Assembly (NCBI GenBank): GCA_965197905.1
Contig: CBDAOB010000005.1
Coordinates: forward strand, 32,001 to 96,000
Direction: 5' to 3'
From: Candidatus Latescibacterota bacterium
GTDB taxonomy: Bacteria > Latescibacterota > UBA2968 > UBA8231
DNA: 64,000 nt
Shown: positions 53,113 through 62,787 of the stretch, in pieces
How positions within the stretch are numbered: the stretch's first letter is position 1
How the letters are laid out: each line of letters begins with the position of its first letter
Notes under the pieces: generated by a model
The model's input: the letters and a program-made list of their open reading frames with translations, nothing else
What the model was told of the DNA's origin: nothing
The model's database searches: none
Translations under genes and position numbers: made by a program

Positions 53113-53994
53113 ATGATACCGAAACTTCCGTTCGGATCTACCGGCCACCACAGCACCCGCACGCTCTTCGGCGGTGCCGCCTTCAAGAGGGATTCCGGAC
53201 CTAAAGAAGCGGAGCGCGGGATCGCGATGCTGCTCGAGCACGGCGTCAACCATATCGACACCGCCCGCAGTTACGGCGGTGGCAACGCCGAGACCCTCAT
53301 CGGCACCTGGATGGGGGAGCACCGGGGCAAGTTCTTCCTGGCTACCAAAACCGGTGAGCGGACCAGAGAAGGTGCGGAGAAGGAGCTCGCCACCTCCTTC
53401 GAGCAGCTGCAAACAGACCGGATCGACCTGATCCAGATGCACGGCCTTACCGGCGAAGAAGACTGGGCCACGGCGATGGGCGCCGACGGGGCACTAGAGG
53501 CGCTGGTTGAGGCGCGAGATCGCGGCCAGGTTCGGTTTATCGGGGTGACGGGACATGGTCTGGTGGCGCCCAGCATGCATGCGAAGAGCCTGGAGCGTTT
53601 TCCGTTCGACTCGGTTCTGTTTCCCTACAACTACGTGCTGGCGCAAGACACCGAATATTTGGAAGACGTCCAGCGCTTGGTCGAGCTATGCGCCGAACGT
53701 CAGGTGGCGGTGCAGATCATCAAGTCGATCGCCCGACGACCCTGGGGCGAGCGGGAACGCACCCGCGACCCATGGTACGAGCCGCTGGAGGAGCCGGAGG
53801 ATGTTCAGCGGGCCGTAGACTTCGTCTTTGACCTGGGCGACGTGTTCATCAATACCGTGTCCGATCTGAACGTCCTGCCGCTGGTTCTCGAGGCGGCAGG
53901 CCATGCGGGTCCCTGCCCGCCGGACGCGGAAATGGCGGAAATGGCGTTGCGCATGGAGATGGCCACGATCTTCGAGCAGCGCGAGACCGTATAG
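53113..53994 (+). CDS. Aldo/keto reductase
   Basis: GVNHIDTARSYG, FLATK, IDLIQMH, VRFIGVTGH. Confidence 0.9.
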   Translation: MIPKLPFGSTGHHSTRTLFGGAAFKRDSGPKEAERGIAMLLEHGVNHIDTARSYGGGNAETLIGTWMGEHRGKFFLATKTGERTREGAEKELATSFEQLQTDRIDLIQMHGLTGEEDWATAMGADGALEALVEARDRGQVRFIGVTGHGLVAPSMHAKSLERFPFDSVLFPYNYVLAQDTEYLEDVQRLVELCAERQVAVQIIKSIARRPWGERERTRDPWYEPLEEPEDVQRAVDFVFDLGDVFINTVSDLNVLPLVLEAAGHAGPCPPDAEMAEMALRMEMATIFEQRETV

Positions 53995-54007
53995 ACCATC
54001 TTTGGAA

Positions 54008-54046
54008 GCCGGGGGGCTCGGTGACAGCAGAGACGAGCCCCCAGGC
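54008..54046. terminator. GC-rich hairpin between convergent genes
   Basis: GGGGGCTCG..CGAGCCCCC stem. Confidence 0.45.
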
Positions 54047-54055
54047 TCCTCGTGC

Positions 54056-55596
54056 CTACACCTGGTAGGCAAACACCTTGGCCTGGAACATCCTTATGCG
54101 AATTGCGACCATGTCGCCGATCTCAGACAGGTCGCTCTTTCCGTTCCACGTAACGACCTGATCGACCGTATCCCCCCTCAGGATATCGCATTCATCAAAG
54201 GTCAGGCCGGCGACCGGATCCACGTCCGGGTGAATCCGCGATGGGATGAGACGCAAGATCTCGACCTTGATCCACCCGCCCGGTCGGCAGCGGTAGTTAA
54301 GCCGCAGCTGGTCCGCGGTTCGCGTTACGGTCGGGATGGTGAATCGACCTTCGACCTTCGTCTCTAATCCACAGAATCGATGCGGGCGCCAGCGCGCCCA
54401 CTGTGCAGCCCCGTTTGGCCGCCATAGAGCGCACCCCAGAAGCCGTCGGGTAGTTCCGCGAGGCCGCTGCCCCACGGTTGAACCATCGCCGAATCTGTCG
54501 CTCCCGGTCCCCCCACTGGAATAATCGGCTTGCGCTCGGGGCGCTGCCATATCAGGCCGTCACGGCTGATGGCGAGCTGGCAATCCATATGGTCGGTGGC
54601 GTGATGGTAAGCCTGCACCAACATGCAGTGCAGATCATCCCCACCCGGATACGGAAAGTAGTCGCCACCATAGAAGGAGAGGTCCGGCTCGTCCTGGCCG
54701 TCGGGGAAGATGAGGAGTTTGGGAGCGGGCCAATTCCAAAAATCCTTGGTTCGGGTCAGACCAATCGCCCGGTGGAAGATACCGTCCTCCGAAACGCCGC
54801 TGCCCACAAGTTCGAACTGTTCCTGGGGTACCCCCCTGAATGCGGCAGTAGGCATAATAGTAGCCGGAGCGTTCGTCGTATCGCACCGCGAGTCCCCCAT
54901 CCATCGGAAAATTCGCCAATACCTTGTCGGACCTCCTCCAGTGGATGCGATCGGGTGAGGTCCACCCGATTACCCGGCCTTTGAGAATCAGTAGGGGCCT
55001 TTGTACGCCGGTCCCAGGTATTCCTGATCCGCCCACCACTTCTGGATATATTCATCGTCGACCTCCTCGCCTTCGTTGGCGACCTCCCCGGTCTCCGAGT
55101 TGATCAGTCCCCCCTGGCATCCCATCCCCTTGAAGCGTTCCTCCGGAGGAGCGGTTGGATCCTCGCATACCGCCTTGAGCATATCGCCCCCTACCTCCGT
55201 GACCAGATTGTTCTCTTTGGATCCGTTCTTCTCGATGATGCCCAAGGCAGGGCGAGTCCACTTGTAGCCATCTTCACTAACGGCATAGGCGACGTGTTTA
55301 CCCTCATAGTAGAGCAGCTGGTAGCCGTCGTCCGCTTTCCAAACCCGGACGGTATTGCTCAAATCTTCGGCATCGCCATCGAATTCGAGGGGATCCGATT
55401 TGTCTGCTTCCTCTATCGCCAGGCGAACGCCGATCGGCGCATCGTAGAGCTCGAAGGCACCGCTCCGGTCTACGGCACGATGCCCCGGAAACACGTCGGT
55501 GAGATCGACCAGCGGCCGCCAGGTGCCGGAGTTTTTTCTCGGTCTGACCCAATCCCCCGGAAAATAGCCTCTTCCATCCTTCCATCCGTTGTTCAT
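54056..55596 (-). CDS. Hypothetical glycoside-hydrolase-like beta-propeller protein, split by about three frameshifts
   Basis: YAVSEDGYKWTRP, TSPDRIHW and ISRDGLIW Asp-box-like motifs spread over ORFs 54988-55596, 54635-55039, 54364-54900 and 54056-54550; two junctions lie in C/G runs. Confidence 0.6.
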
Positions 55597-55637
55597 CTAG
55601 ATCTTGTCTCCGTTCTTATTAGGTTCCGTTCCACCAT

Positions 55638-56069
55638 CTATGCTGAAGGAGGGCTGACCGTTTCAGCCTTGCCGCGCAGCATCGCCGCAATGGCGACGCC
55701 GCCTATTCCCTGCTCGACCATATGCCAGACGGCATCCACAAGGATAAGCTCGCCCATAGCTCCATACTCGACGCCGTGCAAAACAACAGCGTGGGGCAGG
55801 ACCCAGAGGAGCCCCATGACCGCGCCGAAACGCAGGCCTTCGCTGACGGCACCGCCACCTCCGTAGCCCTTGGGAAAGATGTAAGCCATCAGGAATCCGA
55901 GGATCAGGTAGCCGAGGACAATGAACTGTAATTTTGGTTCCTGCAACGGGGCTGCTACGCTGTGTTCATCGTAGAAACTGCTCATAATCGACATGTGCCA
56001 GAGGCCACCGAGAAGGAACATAACTAAGCCACCCCCGATCGCCGCGGCAGCGAGCTTTCCGTAGTTCAT
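55638..56069 (-). CDS. Small 4-TM membrane protein (DUF1761-like)
   Basis: Four hydrophobic segments; GGGAG RBS. Confidence 0.65.
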   Translation of the reverse strand: MNYGKLAAAAIGGGLVMFLLGGLWHMSIMSSFYDEHSVAAPLQEPKLQFIVLGYLILGFLMAYIFPKGYGGGGAVSEGLRFGAVMGLLWVLPHAVVLHGVEYGAMGELILVDAVWHMVEQGIGGVAIAAMLRGKAETVSPPSA

Positions 56070-56207
56070 GATAGAACTCCCTGTTTTGATGGACGGATTC
56101 GACCATACTATACTTCTGATACAGCCTGAAGGCTATAGAAATCTGAACCGGGCGTTCGCCGCCATATGGCAGGGCACTTCGGCGCCACTCGTTCGACGGA
56201 GGACGCA

Positions 56208-56651
56208 TTGAGGTACTTCGCATTCGGATCCAACATGGGAACCGAGCAGATGAAGGAGCGCGGCGTCCGCTTCTCGAAGCGACTAGCTGCCGTATTGGAT
56301 GGGTGGCGCATGGAATTTAGCAAGCAGGCCGCCAGGAACCCGCTTGAGGGTTTTGCCAATATTGTGCCGGATCCAGCCAACCGCGTCGAAGGTGTTCTGT
56401 ATGAGATGGAAGCTGAAGATCTGGCGAAGCTCGATGTCTACGAAGGCTACCCCGACCATTACACCCGACGGGAAATTGTCGTTTCCTGCAGTGGGCGGCA
56501 GGAAACAGCCGTTGTCTGCATCGCCCATCCGGACAAGATGAAGGCCGGATTGCAACCGTCGTCCGAATATCTGGACCGCATCCAGAACGGAAGCGATCTG
56601 CTCTCCGATGCGTACCGCGACCAACTGTCGAACTGGGAGTCCATCGATTGA
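56208..56651 (+). CDS. Gamma-glutamylcyclotransferase family protein
   Basis: YFAFGSNM, ANIVP, VEGVLYE, LDVYEG, PSSEYL; TTG start after GGAGG (alternative ATG at 56166). Confidence 0.85.
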   Translation: MRYFAFGSNMGTEQMKERGVRFSKRLAAVLDGWRMEFSKQAARNPLEGFANIVPDPANRVEGVLYEMEAEDLAKLDVYEGYPDHYTRREIVVSCSGRQETAVVCIAHPDKMKAGLQPSSEYLDRIQNGSDLLSDAYRDQLSNWESID

Positions 56652-56685
56652 TCGCGTCTCTCCATAAACCGGTCTCCGGGTAGAA

Positions 56686-57606
56686 ATGCAACGCATCGTA
56701 TCGCTGCTTCCCAGCAGCACTGAAATCGTTTGTGCCCTCGGCTGTGAGGAAAATCTCGTCGGTCGCTCCCATGAGTGTGATTTTTCAACGTCCGTGCGCA
56801 AGCTTCCCGTCTGTACCGAACCCAAGTTTGATCCGGATGGCACCAGCTACGAAATCGACCAACGGGTGAAGGCTATTCTGCAGGAAGCGGTTTCGGTATA
56901 CCGCGTCGACGCCGACCTGCTGGATGAGCTGTCACCCGACCTACTGGTGACCCAGTCTCAGTGCGAGGTCTGCGCGGTGAGCCTCGAGGAAGTGGAGGAA
57001 GCGGCCTGCAAACTGCTGCATTCAAACCCGTCGATCGTTGCTCTGGAGCCCCGACGGCTGGAGGATCTTTGGAATGATATTGCCACCGTTGCGGCAGCGC
57101 TAGATCTGCCAGATCGAGGCAGCGATCTCGTCAAGCGACTGAAGCTCAGGCTCGACCACATCTCCGCGTCGGTTAGCCACGTCCGTCGGCCGCGGGTCGC
57201 CTGCATCGAATGGTTCGATCCGCTCATGGCAGCGGGAAACTGGATGCCCGAATTGGTAGAGCTTGCCGGCGGCAGCAGCCTCTTCGGTGAGGCCGGCAAA
57301 CATTCTCCGTGGATGGAGTGGCAGGTCCTGGCCGGGCACGATCCCGAGATTGTTCTGCTTTTGCCCTGCGGATTCGACATGGAAACCTGCCGGCGTGAAA
57401 TGAGTTCACTGACACAACGTCCGGAGTGGTACGAGCTGGAGGCGGTCCGCACCGGAAGTGTGTATGTGACTGACGGCAATCAGTATTTCAATCGCCCCGG
57501 ACCGCGGCTGGTGGAGTCGGCCGAGATCATAGCTGAGATTCTCCATCCCGATCTCTTACCCGCCCAACATGAAGGCACCGGGTGGCAGCGGCTCGAGATG
57601 CTCTGA
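56686..57606 (+). CDS. BtuF-like cobalamin/iron-siderophore binding protein family member
   Basis: RIVSLLPSSTEIVCALG, VGRSHECDF, QSQCEVCAV, YFNRPGPRL. Confidence 0.85.
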   Translation: MQRIVSLLPSSTEIVCALGCEENLVGRSHECDFSTSVRKLPVCTEPKFDPDGTSYEIDQRVKAILQEAVSVYRVDADLLDELSPDLLVTQSQCEVCAVSLEEVEEAACKLLHSNPSIVALEPRRLEDLWNDIATVAAALDLPDRGSDLVKRLKLRLDHISASVSHVRRPRVACIEWFDPLMAAGNWMPELVELAGGSSLFGEAGKHSPWMEWQVLAGHDPEIVLLLPCGFDMETCRREMSSLTQRPEWYELEAVRTGSVYVTDGNQYFNRPGPRLVESAEIIAEILHPDLLPAQHEGTGWQRLEML

Positions 57607-58016
57607 TGAAAACGAGAGGTTACGTAGGCTGGGGGCTGCTCTTTGCAGCCGCGTTATGGAGCGGGTGTGGCGACGATGACAACCCGATGGCTCCGGGGAC
57701 CGAGCTTGTTGGATCGTGGATTCTGGTTTCGTCCAACGAGCTGAACGCCGAGAGCGTCGCACGCGTTCAACCGCGGCTCACCTTCGAGGCCGACGGAACG
57801 ATGACCATCACGCGGACGCTCGACGGGGTTGTCACCGAGGACACGCGCCGCTGGAGGGTCGTTACGGAGGGGGCCCTCGAAGAAACCTTGACGATTGACG
57901 GGCAGGAAGTGGTGCGGACCTGGCAGTACACTCTGGAAGGTGGGACTCTAACATTGCTGCACGAGGGTGACGACGGAGAGACGCGTTTTCTGGAGGTGTA
58001 CGAGAGAGGCAGTTGA
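57606..58016 (+). CDS. Lipoprotein with lipocalin-like domain
   Basis: LWSGC lipobox; LVGSWILVS, LTFEADGT. Confidence 0.75.
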   Translation: MKTRGYVGWGLLFAAALWSGCGDDDNPMAPGTELVGSWILVSSNELNAESVARVQPRLTFEADGTMTITRTLDGVVTEDTRRWRVVTEGALEETLTIDGQEVVRTWQYTLEGGTLTLLHEGDDGETRFLEVYERGS

Positions 58017-58127
58017 GACATTCTGCTCGACTGGCAGCTGTCATCGGGATCGCGGCGCCGAGTGGCACGTGCATTGCATTCCATGATGCATAAGGCCGAC
58101 ATCGGCCTAACCGCAAGGAGGTGGGTA

Positions 58128-58334
58128 ATGGATGTATTCCAGCCCGGAGACACGGTGGCATTCACCTGCAGCAGCGATCGAATCGTCGGACAGGTGGAAG
58201 AGATCAGAGACGGTCACGAGGGGAATTTTTTGCTCGTGGTGAGGCAGGGTCTTCCGCTATTGGGATCGCGTTACGTGGTTCTTTCGAGCTACGCAAAGAA
58301 ACTCGCCGCCAGACAGGCTCCCCGGGTCGCCTGA
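58128..58334 (+). CDS. Small hypothetical protein
   Basis: AAGGAGG RBS before ATG; fills the gap between genes. Confidence 0.45.
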   Translation: MDVFQPGDTVAFTCSSDRIVGQVEEIRDGHEGNFLLVVRQGLPLLGSRYVVLSSYAKKLAARQAPRVA

Positions 58335-58344
58335 GCGGTTTTCC

Positions 58345-60528
58345 CTAACGTCCTTCGAGGGCTTGAAAGATGACGTCCTCAACCTCGGCCTTGCGGAACG
58401 GTTTCTCCAGACGCCAGTCGAACTCACGCAGGCGGGGATCGTCGGCCGTTATGCCCCATCCGGTGGACAGCACGGTGACAAGGTGCGGATCGATCTGTTT
58501 CAAGGTGCGCGCCAACTCGTCGCCCGGGACTCCAGGCATTCCCAAGTCAATCACCGCTACATCCCAACATCCCGGTTCGAACTGCGCCTGGGCCTCGCGA
58601 GGATCTAGAAAAGTCGCCACCTCGTGGTCCTTCGATAGGAAACTCGAGATAATCTGGCACACAGCCGGCTCATCGTCGACGACGAGAACCCGGCCCCGTG
58701 CAGAGCGATCAATCTCCCCAGGCGGCTCCGGGCGATCCTCGGTGACAGTAGGCTCCTTCCACATCGGAAGGAAGATCTCGAACTCAGCGCCTTGACCCGG
58801 AGAGCTCCGGACACTGATACGGCCACCCCATCGGTTCAGGGTATCTTGAACCGTGGTCAGTCCCAATCCGCTGCCCACACTGCTTTTGGTGGTGAATAGC
58901 GGCTCGAAGATCCGTCTTTTCGTCTCCTCGTGCAGTCCGATGCCCGTATCGCGAATTATGAGCTGGACACCATCATCCGTCGGCCTGGTGACAATGGTGA
59001 TGCTGCCCCCGTCGGGCATGGCATCGACGGCATTGAGGAGGAGATTGGTCAGCATGTCGAAGGTCTCGGACTCAGTGCCACCTATGGCGGGAACCTCCTC
59101 CAGCTGCATATCCACACGTATCGCAATGCCCTCAGCTTCAGAATGGTCTTTCCACCTGGGCCTCGTTCCTTCTACGGCCTGTTCCACGATCTCGTTGAGG
59201 ATCACGGGATACAGATGGCTGAGATCCTCTCGACGCGCGGATCCACGCAGGCGCTTCACCAGCTCGTTGGCGCGCAGGGTGGCGGAAATAACCAGATCGA
59301 TTTCCTCTTCTACGATCGGATCCAGGTTGTGCAGCTTGGTCAGCTCGGCGTGCCCGAGGATCGCTGTCAGCATGTTGTTGAAGTTGTGAGCGATGCCTTC
59401 GGCCATTTCTCCGATAGCGCGCACGCGCTCCATACGGACCCACTCTCTCGCGTGATCTTGAGCCTCCTTGAAGAGGCGGGCGTGGTCGATGGAGATGGCC
59501 ACCTGTCCCAGTAGGGGACGCATGGCATCGATACGGTGCAGGATCTCCTCCTTCTGTTCGGGAGGACTGGCGGTGGCCATCACCGCCAGAACCCGGTCGT
59601 CTTTCTTGACCGGAATGAAATAGGAGACCTTGTTGTCGGAGTTCTTCGAGAGGTCGACTTTCGCGTCGAAGCGCTCATCCCAACCGTCGAGGACCTGCAG
59701 CTCTCCTGTGCGTGCGGTCAGTGCGGTGATGTTGGCATCGTCCAGGTCGTAGCGCAGCCCGATCACGTCAGATGATGTCATCACAACCGTGCCGGGCACG
59801 ACGCGACCATCCTCGTATCGGCAGATGAAGCTGCGCACCACCTCGACGCTGTGGGTAGCCTCGTCCACCAGTGCCACCATCAGGCTGCGAAAGATACCCG
59901 CTTTCACGATCTGCTGGGCCAGACTGTCCAGCACCTGGTCGAGATTGAGGGAGGCCGCCGCCATGTCACCGATGGCCTGCAGAGCACTCAGAAGCCGGCT
60001 TTTCTCCTCGAGGGTCTCGTTCACGTTCTGGAGTTCCGCGGCCTGTTTTTTTAACATCACCTCGGTCTGCTTGCGGTCGGTAATGTCGATCAACTGCACC
60101 TGGATGGCGCGTTTATCCCCATACATCACCGGTACGTTGTTAACCTCCACCACCTGGAGCTCCTTGTCTTTCCTGACAAGAACTAATTCGTACGGCGGGA
60201 TGTGCTCGCCAGCCATTCTCCTGCGGATATTGTCTCCCATCAACGCCCTGTCCTCTTCCTTGAAGAGCTCCATGACATCGAAATCGGGACTTATCACCTC
60301 CTCTATCTCGTACCCGGTGATGTCGGCGAGGCGCTGGTTGCAGAATACAAGAGGCTCCCCCGGGATGTAGAGACCCAGCCCCACAACCGAGTTCTCTACC
60401 AGGGTGAGGTAGAGGTCGTCGGTCCGGCGTTCCAAGACGGGCCCGGCTGCCTCGTCCTGCCGGTGCCGGCTCCGGCGGCCGGGGGGTGTCTGGTCTGATG
60501 CGGCCATACTCTGTTTTTCCGTGCTCAT
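58345..60528 (-). CDS. Hybrid sensor histidine kinase (PAS-GAF-HisKA-HATPase-REC)
   Basis: PAS ending DITDRK; IAHNFNNML H-box; NLLLNAVDAM, DTGIG, GSGLGL; VLVVDDE..DLGMP..KPF. Confidence 0.92.
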   Translation of the reverse strand: MSTEKQSMAASDQTPPGRRSRHRQDEAAGPVLERRTDDLYLTLVENSVVGLGLYIPGEPLVFCNQRLADITGYEIEEVISPDFDVMELFKEEDRALMGDNIRRRMAGEHIPPYELVLVRKDKELQVVEVNNVPVMYGDKRAIQVQLIDITDRKQTEVMLKKQAAELQNVNETLEEKSRLLSALQAIGDMAAASLNLDQVLDSLAQQIVKAGIFRSLMVALVDEATHSVEVVRSFICRYEDGRVVPGTVVMTSSDVIGLRYDLDDANITALTARTGELQVLDGWDERFDAKVDLSKNSDNKVSYFIPVKKDDRVLAVMATASPPEQKEEILHRIDAMRPLLGQVAISIDHARLFKEAQDHAREWVRMERVRAIGEMAEGIAHNFNNMLTAILGHAELTKLHNLDPIVEEEIDLVISATLRANELVKRLRGSARREDLSHLYPVILNEIVEQAVEGTRPRWKDHSEAEGIAIRVDMQLEEVPAIGGTESETFDMLTNLLLNAVDAMPDGGSITIVTRPTDDGVQLIIRDTGIGLHEETKRRIFEPLFTTKSSVGSGLGLTTVQDTLNRWGGRISVRSSPGQGAEFEIFLPMWKEPTVTEDRPEPPGEIDRSARGRVLVVDDEPAVCQIISSFLSKDHEVATFLDPREAQAQFEPGCWDVAVIDLGMPGVPGDELARTLKQIDPHLVTVLSTGWGITADDPRLREFDWRLEKPFRKAEVEDVIFQALEGR

Positions 60529-60542
60529 CGAGTGTGCCGTTT

Positions 60543-61412
60543 CTATCGTAGACTCTCGAAGACGATGGACAACCACCGATTGTCATCGACGAACCCCTGG
60601 CCCCAGGAGGACCATTCGTCTGGAACACCGCCGCTCTGGATCTGCTCTAACGACTTTCCAGCTGCTATTCCGGCGCGCACCAGCGCCGTAGATTCCTCGA
60701 GCATTCTCAGAAATCTCTTGAGATCGTCGTGTGTTGCCAAGTCGCCGTGCCCCGGAATGATCCGGGTGTCGGAGGGGATCTGCTGTACGAGGGCGCGCGC
60801 CGCATCGGTGTACCCAGCCACGGAACCGCCCGATCCCAGGTCGATGTACGGAAAGCGGCCGTTGAAAAAGAGGTCGCCCATGTGAACGACGTTCGATTTG
60901 GTGAAGAATACAACGCCGTCCCCATCGGTGTGGGCTTTCGGGAAATGCACCACCCGTAGCTCTTCCCCGTTGAAATGGACCGAAAGGCCTTGTCTATAGG
61001 TGATTTTCGGAAACGCAGACCGGGACAGGGGTTGGTCGTTCACCCTTCGTGCCAATAATCGGAGGCGAACATTCTCGTGCGCCACGATTACACCGCGATC
61101 GCCAAAGATCGCGTTTCCACCGGTGTGATCGCCGTGGTGATGGGTGTTAAGGATGAACACCGGAGCCGAACCACCGAGCTTTTGGATAACCGCCTGGATC
61201 TTTGCCGCCAGTGGGGTGAACTGATCGTCGATGATCAAGGCGCCATCCTCACCAATGGATAGACCGATGTTGCCTCCCCGGCCCTGCAGCATGTAAATCC
61301 CGGCCGCAACCTCGATAGGCTCAATCTGAACCTGGGAGAAGTCCCGCTGGGCTTCGGCGCTTGCGAACACCACGAGGGCGCCAAGAAGGGCAAGTTTGGG
61401 TCGATAAACCAT
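60543..61412 (-). CDS. Secreted MBL-fold metallo-hydrolase
   Basis: Signal peptide ending AEA; NTHHHGDHTGGN, AHTDGD, HMGDL, IIPGHG. Confidence 0.9.
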   Translation of the reverse strand: MVYRPKLALLGALVVFASAEAQRDFSQVQIEPIEVAAGIYMLQGRGGNIGLSIGEDGALIIDDQFTPLAAKIQAVIQKLGGSAPVFILNTHHHGDHTGGNAIFGDRGVIVAHENVRLRLLARRVNDQPLSRSAFPKITYRQGLSVHFNGEELRVVHFPKAHTDGDGVVFFTKSNVVHMGDLFFNGRFPYIDLGSGGSVAGYTDAARALVQQIPSDTRIIPGHGDLATHDDLKRFLRMLEESTALVRAGIAAGKSLEQIQSGGVPDEWSSWGQGFVDDNRWLSIVFESLR

Positions 61413-61562
61413 GGTATATCTCGAACCAGGGTTAGCTGTCGCCGGCCGGCCATTTGGCGGCCTTCGGTGAATCAACTGGTGTTGCCAAGTCAGCAAATAT
61501 ATAATACGCGTCATATCTGCGCGATCGCTAAGGATCTCGCTCACAATCTGCGGAGAATCAAA

Positions 61563-62750
61563 GTGAAGATTACCGATCTCAAATGTGCCATCATTGGCAG
61601 CAATCCCGTCGTTCGCATCACCACCGATGAAGGTATCGACGGGTTTGGGCAGGCGGAACACGCCAAACGCTACTTGAAACCCCACGTCCTGTTCTACCGC
61701 GATATGATCCTCGGCAAGGATCCCACCGATGTGGAGCGGGTTATGACCACGATCCGTCGGCTCGGTGCATTCAAGCCGTGGGGCAGCGCCGTGAGTGCCA
61801 TCGAATTCGCGCTCTGGGACATCGCCGGCAAGGCGGCGGGCGTGCCGGTACACAAGCTGCTCGGCGGCAAGGTGCGGGACAGGGTGCGGGTTTACAACGG
61901 CGCCGTCCGTTTCGAATTGGCAGGGCACCAGCCGGAGGACTACGCCGAAGACATGCGCAAGATGAAGGCGTTGCCGGAAGGGTTCAGCATCATCAAACAG
62001 GCAGTAGCCTTCCACGGTTCTATGGCGGCCTCGGTGCCGGAGTTTCACTACGGGCAGGTGCAGACCGATCACCGCCATCCCCATCGCGGGGTGCTGACCC
62101 CGAAGGGTTTCAATCATCTGATCGCCTGCATCGAAGCGATGAAAGAGGTGTGTGGGGATGAGGTGGGACTCGCCCTCGACGCGGGACCCGGGATGACTCC
62201 GGTCGACCTGTTGCGACTGGCGAAGGAGTGCGAGCGCTTCAACCTGATGTGGATCGAGGATGCGCTGACCGGCGACTATGTCCCGTACGTGAACGCCGAT
62301 GTCTATCGCGATGTGACTATCGCCACCTCCACGCCGATCCACACCGGCGAGCAGATCTACTTGAGGGAGAACTTCAAGGAGCTGATCGAGCGGCAGGCGG
62401 TGAATGTCCTCGGACCTGACCCGTGCGATATAGGCGGTATCGCCGAACTGAAACGGGTCGCCGAATACGCCGACTTGCACGGGATCCTGATGGCACCCCA
62501 CGGCACCGGTGATGGTCTCATCGGTCTCGCCGCGCTGGTGCACATGTCCGCGGCGCTGCCGCCTAACTACATCGCCTTCGAGTACCCCACCGGGAATCCG
62601 GAGTGGTGGTACGACATCGTCGACGGCTTACCCGATCCGATTGTCGCCGACAGCTTCATCGACGTCTGGGACGCGCCCGGGCTCGGTGTCACCTTCAACG
62701 AGAAGGCACGAGAGTACCTCAAAGAGGAAGACCGGGATTTCTTCGACTGA
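61563..62750 (+). CDS. Mandelate racemase/muconate lactonizing enzyme family (enolase superfamily) protein
   Basis: SAIEFALWDIAGKAAGVPVHKLLGGKVRD, WIED, TGEQ, PGLGV; GTG start after GGAG. Confidence 0.92.
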   Translation: MKITDLKCAIIGSNPVVRITTDEGIDGFGQAEHAKRYLKPHVLFYRDMILGKDPTDVERVMTTIRRLGAFKPWGSAVSAIEFALWDIAGKAAGVPVHKLLGGKVRDRVRVYNGAVRFELAGHQPEDYAEDMRKMKALPEGFSIIKQAVAFHGSMAASVPEFHYGQVQTDHRHPHRGVLTPKGFNHLIACIEAMKEVCGDEVGLALDAGPGMTPVDLLRLAKECERFNLMWIEDALTGDYVPYVNADVYRDVTIATSTPIHTGEQIYLRENFKELIERQAVNVLGPDPCDIGGIAELKRVAEYADLHGILMAPHGTGDGLIGLAALVHMSAALPPNYIAFEYPTGNPEWWYDIVDGLPDPIVADSFIDVWDAPGLGVTFNEKAREYLKEEDRDFFD

Positions 62751-62787
62751 GATATAATCCCCATCCTACTTTTTTGCTGCCGCCGAA

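Noticed and set aside
61413..62543. 666-aa minus-strand ORF 60543-62543 as one long protein
   Set aside because: The N-terminal part is the antisense shadow of the enolase-superfamily gene; the MBL hydrolase has its own signal peptide starting at 61412
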